Of a DNA stretch of 64,000 nt, positions 20,125 to 29,344 are shown in pieces (position 1 is the stretch's first letter; the number at the start of each line of letters is the position of its first letter). Made by a program: the position numbers and the translations under genes. The stretch comes from an uncultured cyanobacterium (lineage in GTDB: Bacteria > Cyanobacteriota > Cyanobacteriia > Pseudanabaenales > Pseudanabaenaceae): positions 3,712,001 through 3,776,000 of the forward strand of contig OY969811.1 in NCBI GenBank assembly GCA_963703315.1, given 5' to 3'. Below the pieces are notes generated by a model. The model was not told the DNA's origin. It was given only the letters and a program-made list of their open reading frames with translations, and made no database searches.

Positions 20125-20586
20125 TTAGACAGCAGGAAAACCTGTACGGATGTCTTCGATGATGCCGTCACGAAGGACGATTTCTACACGCATTTGGGCG
20201 ATTAAGTTATCACCTTTAGCAGCAGGAAAATAGCTATCAAGTTGACCTTGCGAAACTTCTTGCTCTAGTTCTAGGTTCTGCACTTGGGTCAATTGAGTTA
20301 GCAATTGATTCTTTTGTTCTAGTAATTCGGCTTTCACCCGATTCATCTCTGCACGAATGCCTTCGATCGCATTGGCAACTTCCGCAGAAAATGGTTTGAT
20401 GCTTTGGCGTTCGATCTCATTGATTTGGCGAGAGCCTTGAGCATCGACTTGTTGTACTTGGGCATCAATTTGAGCAATTTGTTGTTGCAGTTGTTGCTGC
20501 ATTTCCTCTTTCCAGCGTTGCGTCACAATCACTTGAATATTGGCAGTGCGACGTAATAAAAGCTGATTAGAAAAATCGAAACTCAC
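20125..20586 (-). CDS. YlqD-family protein
   Basis: LLLRR...VIVT.RWKEE.QQQLQ, ELEQEV.QGQL, GDNLI..M.VEI.LRDG; typical neighbour of aas. Confidence 0.85.
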   Translation of the reverse strand: MSFDFSNQLLLRRTANIQVIVTQRWKEEMQQQLQQQIAQIDAQVQQVDAQGSRQINEIERQSIKPFSAEVANAIEGIRAEMNRVKAELLEQKNQLLTQLTQVQNLELEQEVSQGQLDSYFPAAKGDNLIAQMRVEIVLRDGIIEDIRTGFPAV

Positions 20587-20626
20587 AATTATCTCCAGAT
20601 TAGTAAGGTTGTTTTAATGCGATGCA

Positions 20627-22510
20627 TTATGAAGTAAACATTTTGACAATAATATCTTGATAACGCTCAAATACGATGTTACGTCTGATCTTGAATGTTT
20701 GCGTGAGAAACCCATTGTCGATGGTAAAGGGTTCGGGCAAGAACTCAAAAACGCCAATGCGATCGTTGATGCTATAGCCTGGGCGGTTTTGAACTTCACG
20801 GTTAAGTTCTTCCCGATAAAGATTGCGAATCTTGGGCTGATTTAACTCTGGCAAAATACTCGCTAAGTCAGACTCGGCAGGAATCAAACCTGCGGCTTCG
20901 AGAGCAGAGAGATTGGGAACAATCAAAACACCTAGTTGTTTTTGATCTTGCCCCACTAGCACCACCTGATCAATGTAGGGGCTACGAATACAAGCATCTT
21001 CGATGGGTTGTGGCTCAATATTTTCGCCATTTGTTAAAACGATCGTATCTTTAGCGCGACCTGTAATGATTAAGTCATCCCATTTACTGACATAACCTAA
21101 ATCTCCTGTGTCAAACCAGCCCTGCGGATCGATCGCTTTGGCAGTGGCTTCAGAATTTTTGTAATAGCCCTGCATCACTTGTGGACCGCGAATCAGGACT
21201 AGACCATGCTGACCGATTGGCACATCCTTGCGCGTGGATAGATCCACAATGCGAGTTTCAGTTTTGATCAAGGGTTGTCCATCACCACCGCGAATATTGC
21301 GAGCGGGGCGGCGGACATGGGTAATTGGCGAAGTTTCGGTTAAGCCATAGCCACCCAAAATCTCGATACCAACAATTTCATAAAAGTCTTCCAGATGTTC
21401 GGCGATCGAGCCGCCACCACTAACGATGTATTTAAAGTTGCCTCCCGTTGCTTCGCGGACTTTTTGGTAAACCAATTTATCTCCCAGCTTGTGAAACGCC
21501 CATAGCCCGATCACTAGAGGTAAGGCAAGCAATTTCTCGCCTAAGGAAGGATACAGATTTTCCACATTTAATCCTTGAAAAACTCGCTTAGCGACAATAT
21601 ATTTCTGACTAGCATTAAAGAAAAATTTAACTAGCCCTTGTTTATTTGCAGGTTGTTCACGGAAGTTTTTCTGGACACCTTCATAGATTGATTCCCATAG
21701 GCGCGGTACTGCCACCATGTAATGCGGTTTATGCTCTTTTAAATCCTTTTTGATGGTGCGAAGATTGGTGTAAATCTGGGTGCATCCCTGAGAAAAAATA
21801 AAATATTCAAAGGTGCGCTCGTAAGAATGCCATGTCGGTAAGATACTTAATACTTTTTCGTTCACATTTAGTTGTAAAACCTGTTGCGCTGCTTCCACTT
21901 CATAGAGGAAATTGCCGTGAGTGAGCATGACCCCCTTCGGTCTTGCGGTTGTGCCTGAGGTATAGATCAAAGTCGCAAGGGTATCGCGTTGAATTTGCGG
22001 ATTGCCCAAGTCTTTGCCACTACCCAATGCTAATAATTGCTGGAAGTTATAGGCTCCTTCGGGGGCGGGTTCATCAGAAAGCAAAATAATTTGCTTGACT
22101 GGTAATGTATGTAGTTCAGGTTCGAGCTTTTGGAGAGTGGCGAGATTTTCAACAACGATCGCCACGCTATCACTATGCTCGATGATATAGAGCAGTTCGC
22201 TACGTTCGGCTTGGGAACTGCGCGTTGCATTCGCCGCCCCGATCGCTAAAATCCCTTGATCAGCAATTAACCAACGTGGTGAGTTATCGGCAATTAACGC
22301 CACTTTGTCGCCAAACTGGACACCTAGCGATCTCAGCCCTGCCCCGAAAGCATTTATTTGCTCAAAGGTATCTTTATAGGAAATGCGGACAGGCGGCTTA
22401 GCATGAGGATCATGGAGGGCGATCGCATCAGGATGTGCTTTTGCACCCTGTTCCCATACTTGCCAGAGGCTAGTTGCGGAGGAGATAGCAAAATTATTTT
22501 CAGTAGGCAT
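20627..22510 (-). CDS. aas: Acyl-ACP synthetase / long-chain fatty acid ligase
   Basis: IYTSGTTARPKGVMLTH, GYGLTET, GWFDTGDLG, GRAKDTIVL.NGENIEPQPIE. Confidence 0.88.
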   Translation of the reverse strand: MPTENNFAISSATSLWQVWEQGAKAHPDAIALHDPHAKPPVRISYKDTFEQINAFGAGLRSLGVQFGDKVALIADNSPRWLIADQGILAIGAANATRSSQAERSELLYIIEHSDSVAIVVENLATLQKLEPELHTLPVKQIILLSDEPAPEGAYNFQQLLALGSGKDLGNPQIQRDTLATLIYTSGTTARPKGVMLTHGNFLYEVEAAQQVLQLNVNEKVLSILPTWHSYERTFEYFIFSQGCTQIYTNLRTIKKDLKEHKPHYMVAVPRLWESIYEGVQKNFREQPANKQGLVKFFFNASQKYIVAKRVFQGLNVENLYPSLGEKLLALPLVIGLWAFHKLGDKLVYQKVREATGGNFKYIVSGGGSIAEHLEDFYEIVGIEILGGYGLTETSPITHVRRPARNIRGGDGQPLIKTETRIVDLSTRKDVPIGQHGLVLIRGPQVMQGYYKNSEATAKAIDPQGWFDTGDLGYVSKWDDLIITGRAKDTIVLTNGENIEPQPIEDACIRSPYIDQVVLVGQDQKQLGVLIVPNLSALEAAGLIPAESDLASILPELNQPKIRNLYREELNREVQNRPGYSINDRIGVFEFLPEPFTIDNGFLTQTFKIRRNIVFERYQDIIVKMFTS

Positions 22511-22587
22511 ATTTTTTTAAATTTAAACAATAAATGATTTTTATAATGTTATGGGTGGCTCAAAGAGTCGCCCATAACCTCTTTTAT

Positions 22588-23439
22588 TCACAATTCATCG
22601 GGATTAATTCCCTGCGATCGCAAATAGTTAGCTAATTTTTCAGCACGCTCATTGGCTTGTTCGGCACGTAAACGCTCCTGTTCAGCAATTTGATGCTCCT
22701 GTTCAGCACGTAAACGCTCTTGCTCGGCACGTAAGCGCTCTTGCTCGGCACGTAAGCGCTCTTGTCCAGCAATTTGACGCTCTTGCTCAACTAGCTCCAC
22801 CGCCCAAGGCAAAATCCTGCCTAGCTCATCCCACCAACGTAGCCAGTAACCATTGCGTTGTTCTTTTTCACCTTGCCATATTCCTAAGTAAAGCTTCATC
22901 GACTCAATCCAGAAATGCCCTTCAGGATTGGGCTGAGCAAGTTCATAGCGATCTGCTTGCAGATTATGGACTTCTAAGTTCCCTGTCACTGGCTCAAAAA
23001 TAACGTAAACAGGTACACGTAAAATTTGCTCGTAAAAGAACCATTTACCTAAAGGGAAAGTTCGTTTCATGGAATATTCGCCTCCATCAGTATGAGACAA
23101 AAATTCCATGACTACGCTCGGTGTCGCCCCCTCAAGGATTGGTGTATAGCTACGGCGATCGCGAATAGTTTCGAGTTTCTGTACTGATGGCACATATAAC
23201 CAATCGGGAGCTTTGATGGCTAGCTGTTCGTTAACGGTGGCACATAGTCCGAAGTTAGAGCCAATCAACATTTCTGGCTGAATAAAGCCCACCAATTCCA
23301 AACTTTCGCGTAAAGCTCCTGCTAAAAGTGGTTGACCTTCATTTTCCACAGGTTCCTCCTCTAGCACTACATCATCTGGTAATTTTTCCCACTTAATTAT
23401 GAGGGGAGATTTCAAAATAGAAGGGGGTGTTGCAACCAT
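22588..23439 (-). CDS. Uma2-family endonuclease with coiled-coil tail
   Basis: KAPDW, VMEFLS, GKWFFYEQIL.VP.YVIF, WLRWWD; EQERLRA repeats. Confidence 0.9.
   Translation of the reverse strand: MVATPPSILKSPLIIKWEKLPDDVVLEEEPVENEGQPLLAGALRESLELVGFIQPEMLIGSNFGLCATVNEQLAIKAPDWLYVPSVQKLETIRDRRSYTPILEGATPSVVMEFLSHTDGGEYSMKRTFPLGKWFFYEQILRVPVYVIFEPVTGNLEVHNLQADRYELAQPNPEGHFWIESMKLYLGIWQGEKEQRNGYWLRWWDELGRILPWAVELVEQERQIAGQERLRAEQERLRAEQERLRAEQEHQIAEQERLRAEQANERAEKLANYLRSQGINPDEL
22658..22788 (-). repeat. 21-bp coding tandem repeat (EQERLRA heptads, about 6 units)
   Basis: Near-identical 21-mers such as CGCTCTTGCTCGGCACGTAAG. Confidence 0.85.
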
Positions 23440-23522
23440 ATATCCTCCAAAAACCTAGCCAAAAACCTAGTGAGCTAAAGCAGAATTTTGGGTAGCGCGG
23501 CTTTGCTGTGCTACCCAAAAAA

Positions 23523-23747
23523 TCAACTTTTAACAAAGGCGATCGCGTGTTGCCAAATCACAATCTTGTGACCAGAGACATCAATCCCTATGCACTGATC
23601 ATCAATCCACAGAATTTTGCCGCGCAGTTGGTCGCCTGTCATTAATTTTACTTCGATTTCACTTTTATCGCGAATCAGACCATGAATGCGGCGAATACTT
23701 GGCAGAGAGGTATTGAGTCCGATTTTGGTAGGTGTTGGGGCGCTCAT
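23523..23747 (-). CDS. hfq: Cyanobacterial Hfq-like Sm protein
   Basis: LPSIRRI..LIRDK..IEVKL.TGD.L.GKI.W.D...IW..AIAF. Confidence 0.88.
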   Translation of the reverse strand: MSAPTPTKIGLNTSLPSIRRIHGLIRDKSEIEVKLMTGDQLRGKILWIDDQCIGIDVSGHKIVIWQHAIAFVKS

Positions 23748-23798
23748 CTTCTTAACCTATGGCAGTTTTACGAATATTATCATTTTTAAGGAAAGTAA

Positions 23799-23902
23799 TA
23801 AGTAGCTCAGCATAGTTAAAAAACAAAACCAGAGCTTGTGCCGCCCGCTACGCGGGCGGCACAAGCTTCTAGGTTTTAAGTTTACTTATGCCTAGCTACT
23901 TA
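23799..23902. mobile_element. MITE-like element, TAAGTAG...CTACTTA family
   Basis: TIRs TAAGTAGCTCAGCATA / TATGCCTAGCTACTTA; central hairpin GCTTGTGCCGCCCGC-TAC-GCGGGCGGCACAAGC. Confidence 0.7.
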
Positions 23903-23963
23903 GTCTATTAAAATCTCCAAAAGATAAAGGCAGGGCAAAGCCCTGCCTTTATCTTTTGGATGG

Positions 23964-24818
23964 TTAAGTCTGAAAAAGATTGTTAAAATTAAGCGATCTT
24001 TGTCGCTCTGATAAAAAACGTTGGGTTTCGTCATCTATCTGTAGCGCAATTTCTGCGTCACTCTTAACAGGGGGCGGTGACGACTGCATTGCATTGAGTT
24101 TGAAGGTTACTTGCTGCACCATCAGTTGCCGAGCATTAAGGTCAACATTAACTTCTAGAGCTTGACTACCAAGAATTTCTGCGAGTTTTTTATTGACGAA
24201 GGATTCGGTTATGTTTTCGAGGGGCTGATTGAGTAACTGTCGATCGCCCAAAATGCTCTTTGTCAATAACTCTTCGATATTCCCAAATTGCAATAATTGT
24301 GACAACTTCTGTGCGATCGCTACGGACTCAGCGCCGATTACTTGCTCTAGGGCAGTTGATACATCAAATTTTGAAGTTACTTTTTGAATTAGCGATTCGA
24401 CTTCGGCTTTGCGGAGTTGGGTATTTTCAATTAGAGGAATAATCGATAAAACTGTCTTTGGTACATCTAATTCCTGATCTGGTTGAAAATTTTGGATGTA
24501 GGCGGTGAGGGTATTGAGTACCTGATTTTCTAGTGTTTGCCGCCATTGAGCGACATCTTGAATCAAGGTTGCGGTAGTTGAGTCCACAATGGAATTAACA
24601 GTATCTTTGGCGTTAAATTGTTGGACTGCCTGTTGAACCAAATGTTCATACTGTTCAGGAGCGATCGCGATATTTCCTTGTTTTTGTTGAAACCTTAAAA
24701 TCGAACTGGAGATGGCAGCGAGTTCTTCGGGGGTATTAGCTGTCTCAAAACGGCTCACATAGGCTTGGAGATTATTTGTCAGATTTTTGAATAGAGATTG
24801 GGCAGCACTATCAATCAT
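23964..24818 (-). CDS. Hypothetical alpha-helical protein
   Basis: 284-aa Gln/Leu-rich ORF with GAGGG RBS and a downstream hairpin. Confidence 0.75.
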   Translation of the reverse strand: MIDSAAQSLFKNLTNNLQAYVSRFETANTPEELAAISSSILRFQQKQGNIAIAPEQYEHLVQQAVQQFNAKDTVNSIVDSTTATLIQDVAQWRQTLENQVLNTLTAYIQNFQPDQELDVPKTVLSIIPLIENTQLRKAEVESLIQKVTSKFDVSTALEQVIGAESVAIAQKLSQLLQFGNIEELLTKSILGDRQLLNQPLENITESFVNKKLAEILGSQALEVNVDLNARQLMVQQVTFKLNAMQSSPPPVKSDAEIALQIDDETQRFLSERQRSLNFNNLFQT

Positions 24819-24881
24819 GGAACCCTCTTTACATTAAATATAAAACTCTAAAACCTGTGGCGATCGCCACAGGTTTTAGAA

Positions 24882-26102
24882 CTAGAAACTACCTCGCATG
24901 ACTTGATTGAGCATAGCCTCAACCTGCGTGCCAAGTTGCGTATTACTCATACCCAGTTGATCTAAAACACTCAGTGATAATTCTAGCGATCGCAAAGATT
25001 TACCTTGATATTGGTATTGAAAATGTGAATTACTACATAACTGATAGAGACAAGCCAAGTCGTATAGAGCTTTGGCATAGTCAAACATCATTCCCAACTG
25101 TTCAAAAATAAATGAAGCATCGAGTAATGAGTCTTGTGCGGTTTCGATCGCCTCTTCATTGAGGACATCTAGTCCTTCGAGCAAACGGTAAGTATAGATC
25201 CGACCTCGAATATGTTTGGCGATCGCCATGCCCCTTTGATATTCAAAGTTACGGAAACGAGCCAAAGCATTAGTTTTAATGCAGATTAGACTTTCTTCAA
25301 TTTGGAGATCGCCTAGTAATGCTTCAGCCAAATCACAATATAAGTAACCTAGTTCAATCGAATCAACAGGTTCTTTGAGTAAGACGATCGCATCTTTAAG
25401 TAAGGCGATCGCGGTTTGCCATTGACTCTCAGTGATGGCGACTTTTGCTAATCCTTTGAGAGCTTGGAGTCGCAAAAAGTTATCGGACGTAGTTAAAGAA
25501 ATGTCGAGTGTATTTTGAAAAAGACTTGTCGCTTGATTAATATCCCCCGAAGCTAAATATACTTGCCCCAGATAAGCATAGCTTTTACCTATAGCTGAAT
25601 CATTGGCGGTGGAGTCAAGTCGGATTGACAAAGCTCGTTCAAAACTCATTAAGGCAGATTGCAGATCATTGATGCGTAGATAATATTGACCGATCGCATC
25701 ATCAGTGAGGGCTTTTCCTTCAAACTGATTACCATACGCAGTATAGGCAGCTTGCAGAAGCGTGACAACGTCACTCAATTTCCCTAGTTCGAGTGCCAAA
25801 ATTGCCTTTACATAAAACAGATAAGCTTGCTGCTCATCATTTTCTGAGCCTTGATTGAAGGTATTATCTGCACGTTGAACAAGATCTGCTGCCCTTTGTA
25901 ATGATTCAGGTTGTTTAGTGGCAATTAACTCCACTGCTAAGTCAAGTAAAATTCTTACCTTCGTACTGGAATCAGATTCTGAACTTTTGCTAGTTGTGTT
26001 TTGTAGACATTGTTCAAAATAGGCGATCGCTAAAGTCCGATCTTGTTGCCGCAACTGCTGTCCTTGGATCAGAAATTCAGCTAACTTCATGGGAATCTCC
26101 AA
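24882..26102 (-). CDS. Tetratricopeptide-repeat protein
   Basis: TPR-like units such as IGQYYLRINDLQSALMSFERALSI and LGQVYLASGDINQATSLFQNTLDI. Confidence 0.8.
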   Translation of the reverse strand: MEIPMKLAEFLIQGQQLRQQDRTLAIAYFEQCLQNTTSKSSESDSSTKVRILLDLAVELIATKQPESLQRAADLVQRADNTFNQGSENDEQQAYLFYVKAILALELGKLSDVVTLLQAAYTAYGNQFEGKALTDDAIGQYYLRINDLQSALMSFERALSIRLDSTANDSAIGKSYAYLGQVYLASGDINQATSLFQNTLDISLTTSDNFLRLQALKGLAKVAITESQWQTAIALLKDAIVLLKEPVDSIELGYLYCDLAEALLGDLQIEESLICIKTNALARFRNFEYQRGMAIAKHIRGRIYTYRLLEGLDVLNEEAIETAQDSLLDASFIFEQLGMMFDYAKALYDLACLYQLCSNSHFQYQYQGKSLRSLELSLSVLDQLGMSNTQLGTQVEAMLNQVMRGSF

Positions 26103-26188
26103 AATTATGTATGCAAATCACCTATGCTGTAGGCTTTACAAGGCATATTTACTATCGTACCCAAAATCTTCTATGGAATTGTCAACTA

Positions 26189-26327
26189 ATACCAAAACAC
26201 AAAATGGCTACGCCATTTCCACTGAAAGAATAGGTGTTGTAAAGTGAATAATTAGTGGTGCGCGGCTCCGCCGCGCACCACTAATTATTCACTGGGAAGG
26301 GATTAGCACATTTTCGTGAATTGGTAT
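26189..26327. mobile_element. Composite MITE-like element ATACCAA...TTGGTAT with a different internal hairpin
   Basis: Ends match 6700-6801; interior has AGTGAATAATTAGTGGTGCGCGGC-TCC-GCCGCGCACCACTAATTATTCACT. Confidence 0.6.
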
Positions 26328-27091
26328 TATCTATTCTGGACTTTATGCTTGATAGAAGTAGCATGATTTGTAAGTTCTAAAGAATTCCAAAAAGAACGTA
26401 TTTGCTTGCTCAAGGGTTGCCATTGAAAGTAATGAAAAAAGTGCTTGCCCTGCTCACTTAACCAAAGGCGATCGCTTTCCTTAAGATGTGATTTCCATTT
26501 GTGATAAGCATTTTCGCCGCCACCAATTACATAATCATCCGATGCGCCACAGACTAGCATTGGCACTGAGATCGTTGTGGGGGCGATATAGGTGGGCGCA
26601 TAGAGAGAATGGGGAATCAAAGAATTGTCAAGATCTTGCTGGAGTAAGTTAGCTAGCCAATGCAGCATTTCTTTGTCACGATAGCCGAATAGATAGAAAG
26701 CATTTCGCATCAACATCGTTTCGCGACTGCAACTGAGTAACTGACGCTGCTCGTAATAGTGACTATGCCAACTAGTTGCCAAATTTACGCCTACCGACAA
26801 TAAAGTTAGCGATCGCACCTGTTCAGGATATTGACGTGCGTAAAGCCAACTGACTAAACCAGCAATGCCATGCCCCACTAAATGCACAGCCCCTTGAGTT
26901 TGTAAGTATTCATGGAGGGCGGCGATCGCCAAATTCAGATCAATTGGTTCATCGGGGTTTTGGCAATATTCCCATTGAGCGATCGCATATTGACGGGATA
27001 GCGATCGCAGCAAGGGCAAATCAAAACGTCGTAAAGATTGACTAGTACAAATTCCGACAACTTGAGGCTGGCTTGACTGTCTAAAGGACAT
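26327..27091 (-). CDS. Alpha/beta-hydrolase-fold protein, IsiC-like
   Basis: SLRRFD.PLLR.LS, QWEYCQ..DEP, VHLVGHG..GL, YARQYPE.VRSLTLLSVG, GKHFFHYF; resemblance to IsiC is from memory. Confidence 0.8.
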   Translation of the reverse strand: MSFRQSSQPQVVGICTSQSLRRFDLPLLRSLSRQYAIAQWEYCQNPDEPIDLNLAIAALHEYLQTQGAVHLVGHGIAGLVSWLYARQYPEQVRSLTLLSVGVNLATSWHSHYYEQRQLLSCSRETMLMRNAFYLFGYRDKEMLHWLANLLQQDLDNSLIPHSLYAPTYIAPTTISVPMLVCGASDDYVIGGGENAYHKWKSHLKESDRLWLSEQGKHFFHYFQWQPLSKQIRSFWNSLELTNHATSIKHKVQNR

Positions 27092-27097
27092 AGATTT

Positions 27098-27116
27098 ATT
27101 GATAAATATTATTAAT
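27098..27116 (-). promoter_or_regulatory. Candidate Fur box just upstream of the IsiC-like gene
   Basis: ATTGATAAATATTATTAAT, 19-bp imperfect palindrome. Confidence 0.45.
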
Positions 27117-27215
27117 AATTTACTGGCGAAGATCTATAGAGATAAAGGTAATTCGTGAATTTATATCCTGACCGTAGTTGTCTCTAAATGCTCTCGAATA
27201 ATTGATGATTGCTTT

Positions 27216-27323
27216 TATAGCCAAGCAAGTTAAGACATAAACCCAAAAGAGAGTTGCGGCGCTTCGCGCCGCAACTCTCTTTTGGGTTTTGGTTTTGTCC
27301 TGACATAACCGACTACAGCTATA
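27216..27323. mobile_element. MITE-like element, TATAGC...GCTATA family
   Basis: Near-identical to 28870-28984 and to the reverse complement of 48361-48474; central AAACCCAAAAGAGAGTTGCGGCGC-TTC-GCGCCGCAACTCTCTTTTGGGTTT. Confidence 0.8.
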
Positions 27324-27487
27324 AAAAAAGAAATGAGTGACAAATACTTATTTAAAAGCTGTTTCAGCAATCTTGGTAAAAAAGGCATCTGGTCACTCAT
27401 TCCTGTCAACGCATTTGAACTACAAAAAATAATGAGATGGACTTGAGTCAAATATCCATTTCAGAACTTGACTGCTATCTTAACCTT

Positions 27488-27506
27488 ATTGATTATATTT
27501 ATCAAT
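27488..27506 (-). promoter_or_regulatory. Second candidate Fur box
   Basis: ATTGATTATATTTATCAAT; its reverse complement differs from 27098-27116 at only two positions. Confidence 0.45.
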
Positions 27507-27583
27507 AGTAATTTAAAAATCAAGTAGAGAGTTGCGGTGCAACTCTCTACTTTGTCCCACATCAGACGACGCTTTGAGCCGTC

Positions 27584-28810
27584 TTATTTAGCAGTCTGGT
27601 GTAAACCCATCATGAAATACATTAAAATGCGCTTTAGGGGTGAAATTTGCAGAATTAGCAACCCAAAACGGCGCAATATCTTCAAAAACCAATTATGGTT
27701 AGAAAAAAGACGGTTAGAAATATCAGTGACCCAAATTACGCCCAAATTATCCCATTTACGTTTTGATTGGTAGCGCTTTAAAACGGCGATCGCCCCTAGA
27801 TCCTCATGATTTTGATGGGCAGCTTTCAACACATTGGCTAAGGCATTAACATCACGGATACCAAGATTCATCCCCTGACCTGCGATCGGATGTGTAGTAT
27901 GAGCAGCATCACCAATGAGGGCTAAACGGGGCTGAATATAGGTTTGGCTATGCATCCAACGGGGGACATAGTTAGCCCGTTCACGGGAAATTACTTTAAT
28001 ATTACCCAGCCTGTCCATCAGAGGCTTACCAAAGCGTTGTGCTAACTCTTGCAAAAATGTTGGTTCATCAAGGGCTAGCAACTGCGGTGTTTCCTCGGTG
28101 GTTGCTGTCCAGACGATACAAGCGCGATCGCTACCTAAGGGCAAAATCGCAAAAGGTCCACTAGCTTGAAAGCGTTCATAGGCAAAATTTTGATGGGGCT
28201 GATCGGATTGAATCGTAGTGACAATACAGGTTTGTGGGTAGAGGCGTTGATCAATTTCAATATTTGCTAATTGCCGCACTAGCGATCGCCCACCGTCAGC
28301 ACCGACTAATAATTTCGTTTCTAGATACTGCTCACCGATTTCAGAGCTTATTTTCACCCGCATGACATCGCGATCGCTTAGATGTTCGATATCTAAGATT
28401 TTGGCAGGGCAGATTAATTCAAGGTTGGAGCATTCCCGCGCAAATTCCCATAATGAAGCAAGCGTTACCGCATTTTCGACAATATAGCCTAATGCCTCCT
28501 GCCCCATGTCCTCGCGGCGCAATTGGACTTGATAGGGCAGATCTCCCTCAGAAACTTGGATCGTATGCATGGGCGTAACGCCTCGGCGCTGCATTCCACC
28601 CCAGACCCCGATATGTTGCCAAATTTGACTAGATCCCAAGGCGATCGCACTAGCACGACCATCAGACGTAAATTCTCCGCGCCAGAAATTACCATTACCT
28701 TCAATAATACCGACCTTAAGATCACGGTTTGAAGGGCAATTTTTGTCGCCTAGCGCACAGGCTAAACTTGCGCCCACCATTCCTGCACCGACAATAAGCA
28801 CATCAAACAT
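27584..28810 (-). CDS. UbiH/COQ6-family FAD-dependent hydroxylase
   Basis: IVGAGMVG, LLVGADG, AYERF..SGPFAILP, IGDAAH..HPIAGQGMNLGIRD. Confidence 0.93.
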   Translation of the reverse strand: MFDVLIVGAGMVGASLACALGDKNCPSNRDLKVGIIEGNGNFWRGEFTSDGRASAIALGSSQIWQHIGVWGGMQRRGVTPMHTIQVSEGDLPYQVQLRREDMGQEALGYIVENAVTLASLWEFARECSNLELICPAKILDIEHLSDRDVMRVKISSEIGEQYLETKLLVGADGGRSLVRQLANIEIDQRLYPQTCIVTTIQSDQPHQNFAYERFQASGPFAILPLGSDRACIVWTATTEETPQLLALDEPTFLQELAQRFGKPLMDRLGNIKVISRERANYVPRWMHSQTYIQPRLALIGDAAHTTHPIAGQGMNLGIRDVNALANVLKAAHQNHEDLGAIAVLKRYQSKRKWDNLGVIWVTDISNRLFSNHNWFLKILRRFGLLILQISPLKRILMYFMMGLHQTAK

Positions 28811-28869
28811 TGTTTAAATCACTTTTGAGGTTATTTTTTATGGCTATTGACAGCACCCTGCACCGCCAA

Positions 28870-28984
28870 TATAGCTATAGCCATTTTAGTTAAGACATAA
28901 AACCCAAAAGAGAGTTGCGGCGCTCCGCGCCGCAACTCTCTTTTGGGTTTTGGTTTTGTCCTAACATAACTGGCTACCGCTATA
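28870..28984. mobile_element. MITE-like element, TATAGC...GCTATA family
   Basis: Full-length copy with imperfect TIRs and central GCGGCGC-TCC-GCGCCGC hairpin. Confidence 0.8.
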
Positions 28985-29344
28985 AATCTTTGTATTTACT
29001 CATTATCGCTATTTTGTAAAGAAATATTGCAGAAACAAAGATATTTTTAACTATGGCGATAGTTAATGGCTCTAGGTCTGTAAAAAACAAATTCCAAATT
29101 TAAAGCAGAAATCATGCTCATAACTAGCAAAAACAGCTACAACTAACTAGTAAGTGGACTGGTATGGTATAGAAAACTATAGAGATTTTATGCTTGCCTC
29201 CTACTTAAGATTTCTGACTCTGTAACGACATTGCCTCAATACAATACAAATACAACCTTTGTTAACTGATAGTTGGGCAACAGAAGAGGACATCTTAAAA
29301 GTGGGAAAATTTTGGACTAGAAAGAAAATTTTGGAGAAAGTTGG

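Noticed and set aside
22658..22788. CRISPR-like repeat array
   Set aside because: Spacer-less in-frame 21-bp coding repeats of a Uma2 coiled-coil tail
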